The notes under the pieces: generated by a model
Seen by the model: the letters and a program-made list of their open reading frames with translations, nothing else
What the model was told of the DNA's origin: nothing
Databases searched by the model: none
Source of the DNA: Marsupella aquatica
Taxonomy: Eukaryota; Plantae; Marchantiophyta
Assembly: GCA_973895155.1 (NCBI GenBank)
Contig: OZ316898.1
Location: 8,853,079 to 8,917,078 of the forward strand
DNA: 64,000 bases
Reading direction: 5' to 3'
Position numbers and translations under genes: made by a program
Shown here: positions 63,801-64,000 of the stretch, one piece after another
How positions within the stretch are numbered: the first letter of the stretch is position 1
Layout of the letters: the number at the start of each line of letters is the position of its first letter

Positions 63801-63917
63801 TTCTCGCATTCTGGGAAACCCTTGATGAAGGCTTGGTTGTTGAAGATATCCGGTAATGACAAACATTTCCTGTCATTGACGAAAAACGAGCAGGACAATG
63901 ATGCAACATACGATCAG
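57808..63917 (+). CDS. LIN: LIN/CERBERUS-like U-box/ARM(/WD40) E3 ubiquitin ligase, 3'-partial; join(57808..58835,59270..59342,59518..60762,60920..61257,61475..62809,63093..63237,63675..63917,...)
   Basis: Family-specific N-terminus (YSDQAVLANLGWGIDSL...RLDHAEKMLQVCALL...YLSAWAHFNL...FLADPFFSRVDFAPALWEHIFLPHL), U-box PKDFVCPITGQLFNDPVSLETGQTYER...CPIT...LPKTNYLLKRL, and ARM-like region with QEPRKGSIYREEAVD and LGGRFSHSGK. All junctions are GT-AG with consistent phase. The WD40 part is expected beyond the window. LIN versus a LIN-like paralog is not resolved. Confidence 0.9.
59725..60312 (+). repeat. Coding higher-order tandem repeat: 27-nt monomers arranged as 4 x 111-nt blocks plus about 5.3 monomers
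   Basis: In-frame translation gives (EIRAVPNSG EIRSVVDFG EIKSILQDFE DIKSVSNSG) x4, then EIRSVPNSG-type monomers. Confidence 0.92.
61050..61238 (+). repeat. Coding tandem repeat, about 3 x 69 nt (23 aa), in LIN-like exon 4
   Basis: YQSDNDERIVPRSGEFLRRASER / YRDDDDEPIVARSGPLLGRGSHR / YQNGDDEPIVTRSGPLL. Confidence 0.85.
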
Positions 63918-64000
63918 GTGAGGATTGGTCATTAACTAAGGTGCTAACTAACCTATAAAAGAAGGTGCTCTGAATGGACCATTCGTAAAAGGCTGGGAAA

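Overview
This is eukaryotic nuclear DNA from a land plant. A liverwort or other bryophyte is inferred from a mitochondrial rps19 fragment that resembles the liverwort protein, and from gene and intron style. CpG-rich gene islands alternate with CpG-depleted tracts of eroded transposons. Four protein-coding loci can be reconstructed: (1) a two-exon WNK kinase (+, 10937-12662); (2) a complete 20-exon plastid NADH-dependent glutamate synthase GLT1 (+, 30277-43913, about 2301 aa); (3) a convergent mitochondrial ADP/ATP carrier (-, 47719-45093) with a frameshift in its last exon; (4) the 5' part of a LIN/CERBERUS-type U-box/ARM E3 ligase (+, from 57808, running off the window). Other content includes an rps19 NUMT pseudogene, a decayed Copia gag/integrase, two MITE families with two copies each, a probable LINE 3' end and many local duplications. 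The most unusual structures are an 821-bp LTR element whose 5' LTR and PBS are inverted, making a near-perfect fold-back bounded by a 5-bp TSD, and the LIN-like ligase, which has a higher-order coding repeat array and a Trp-to-Arg change in its U-box. All calls come from manual reading; no database search was run.
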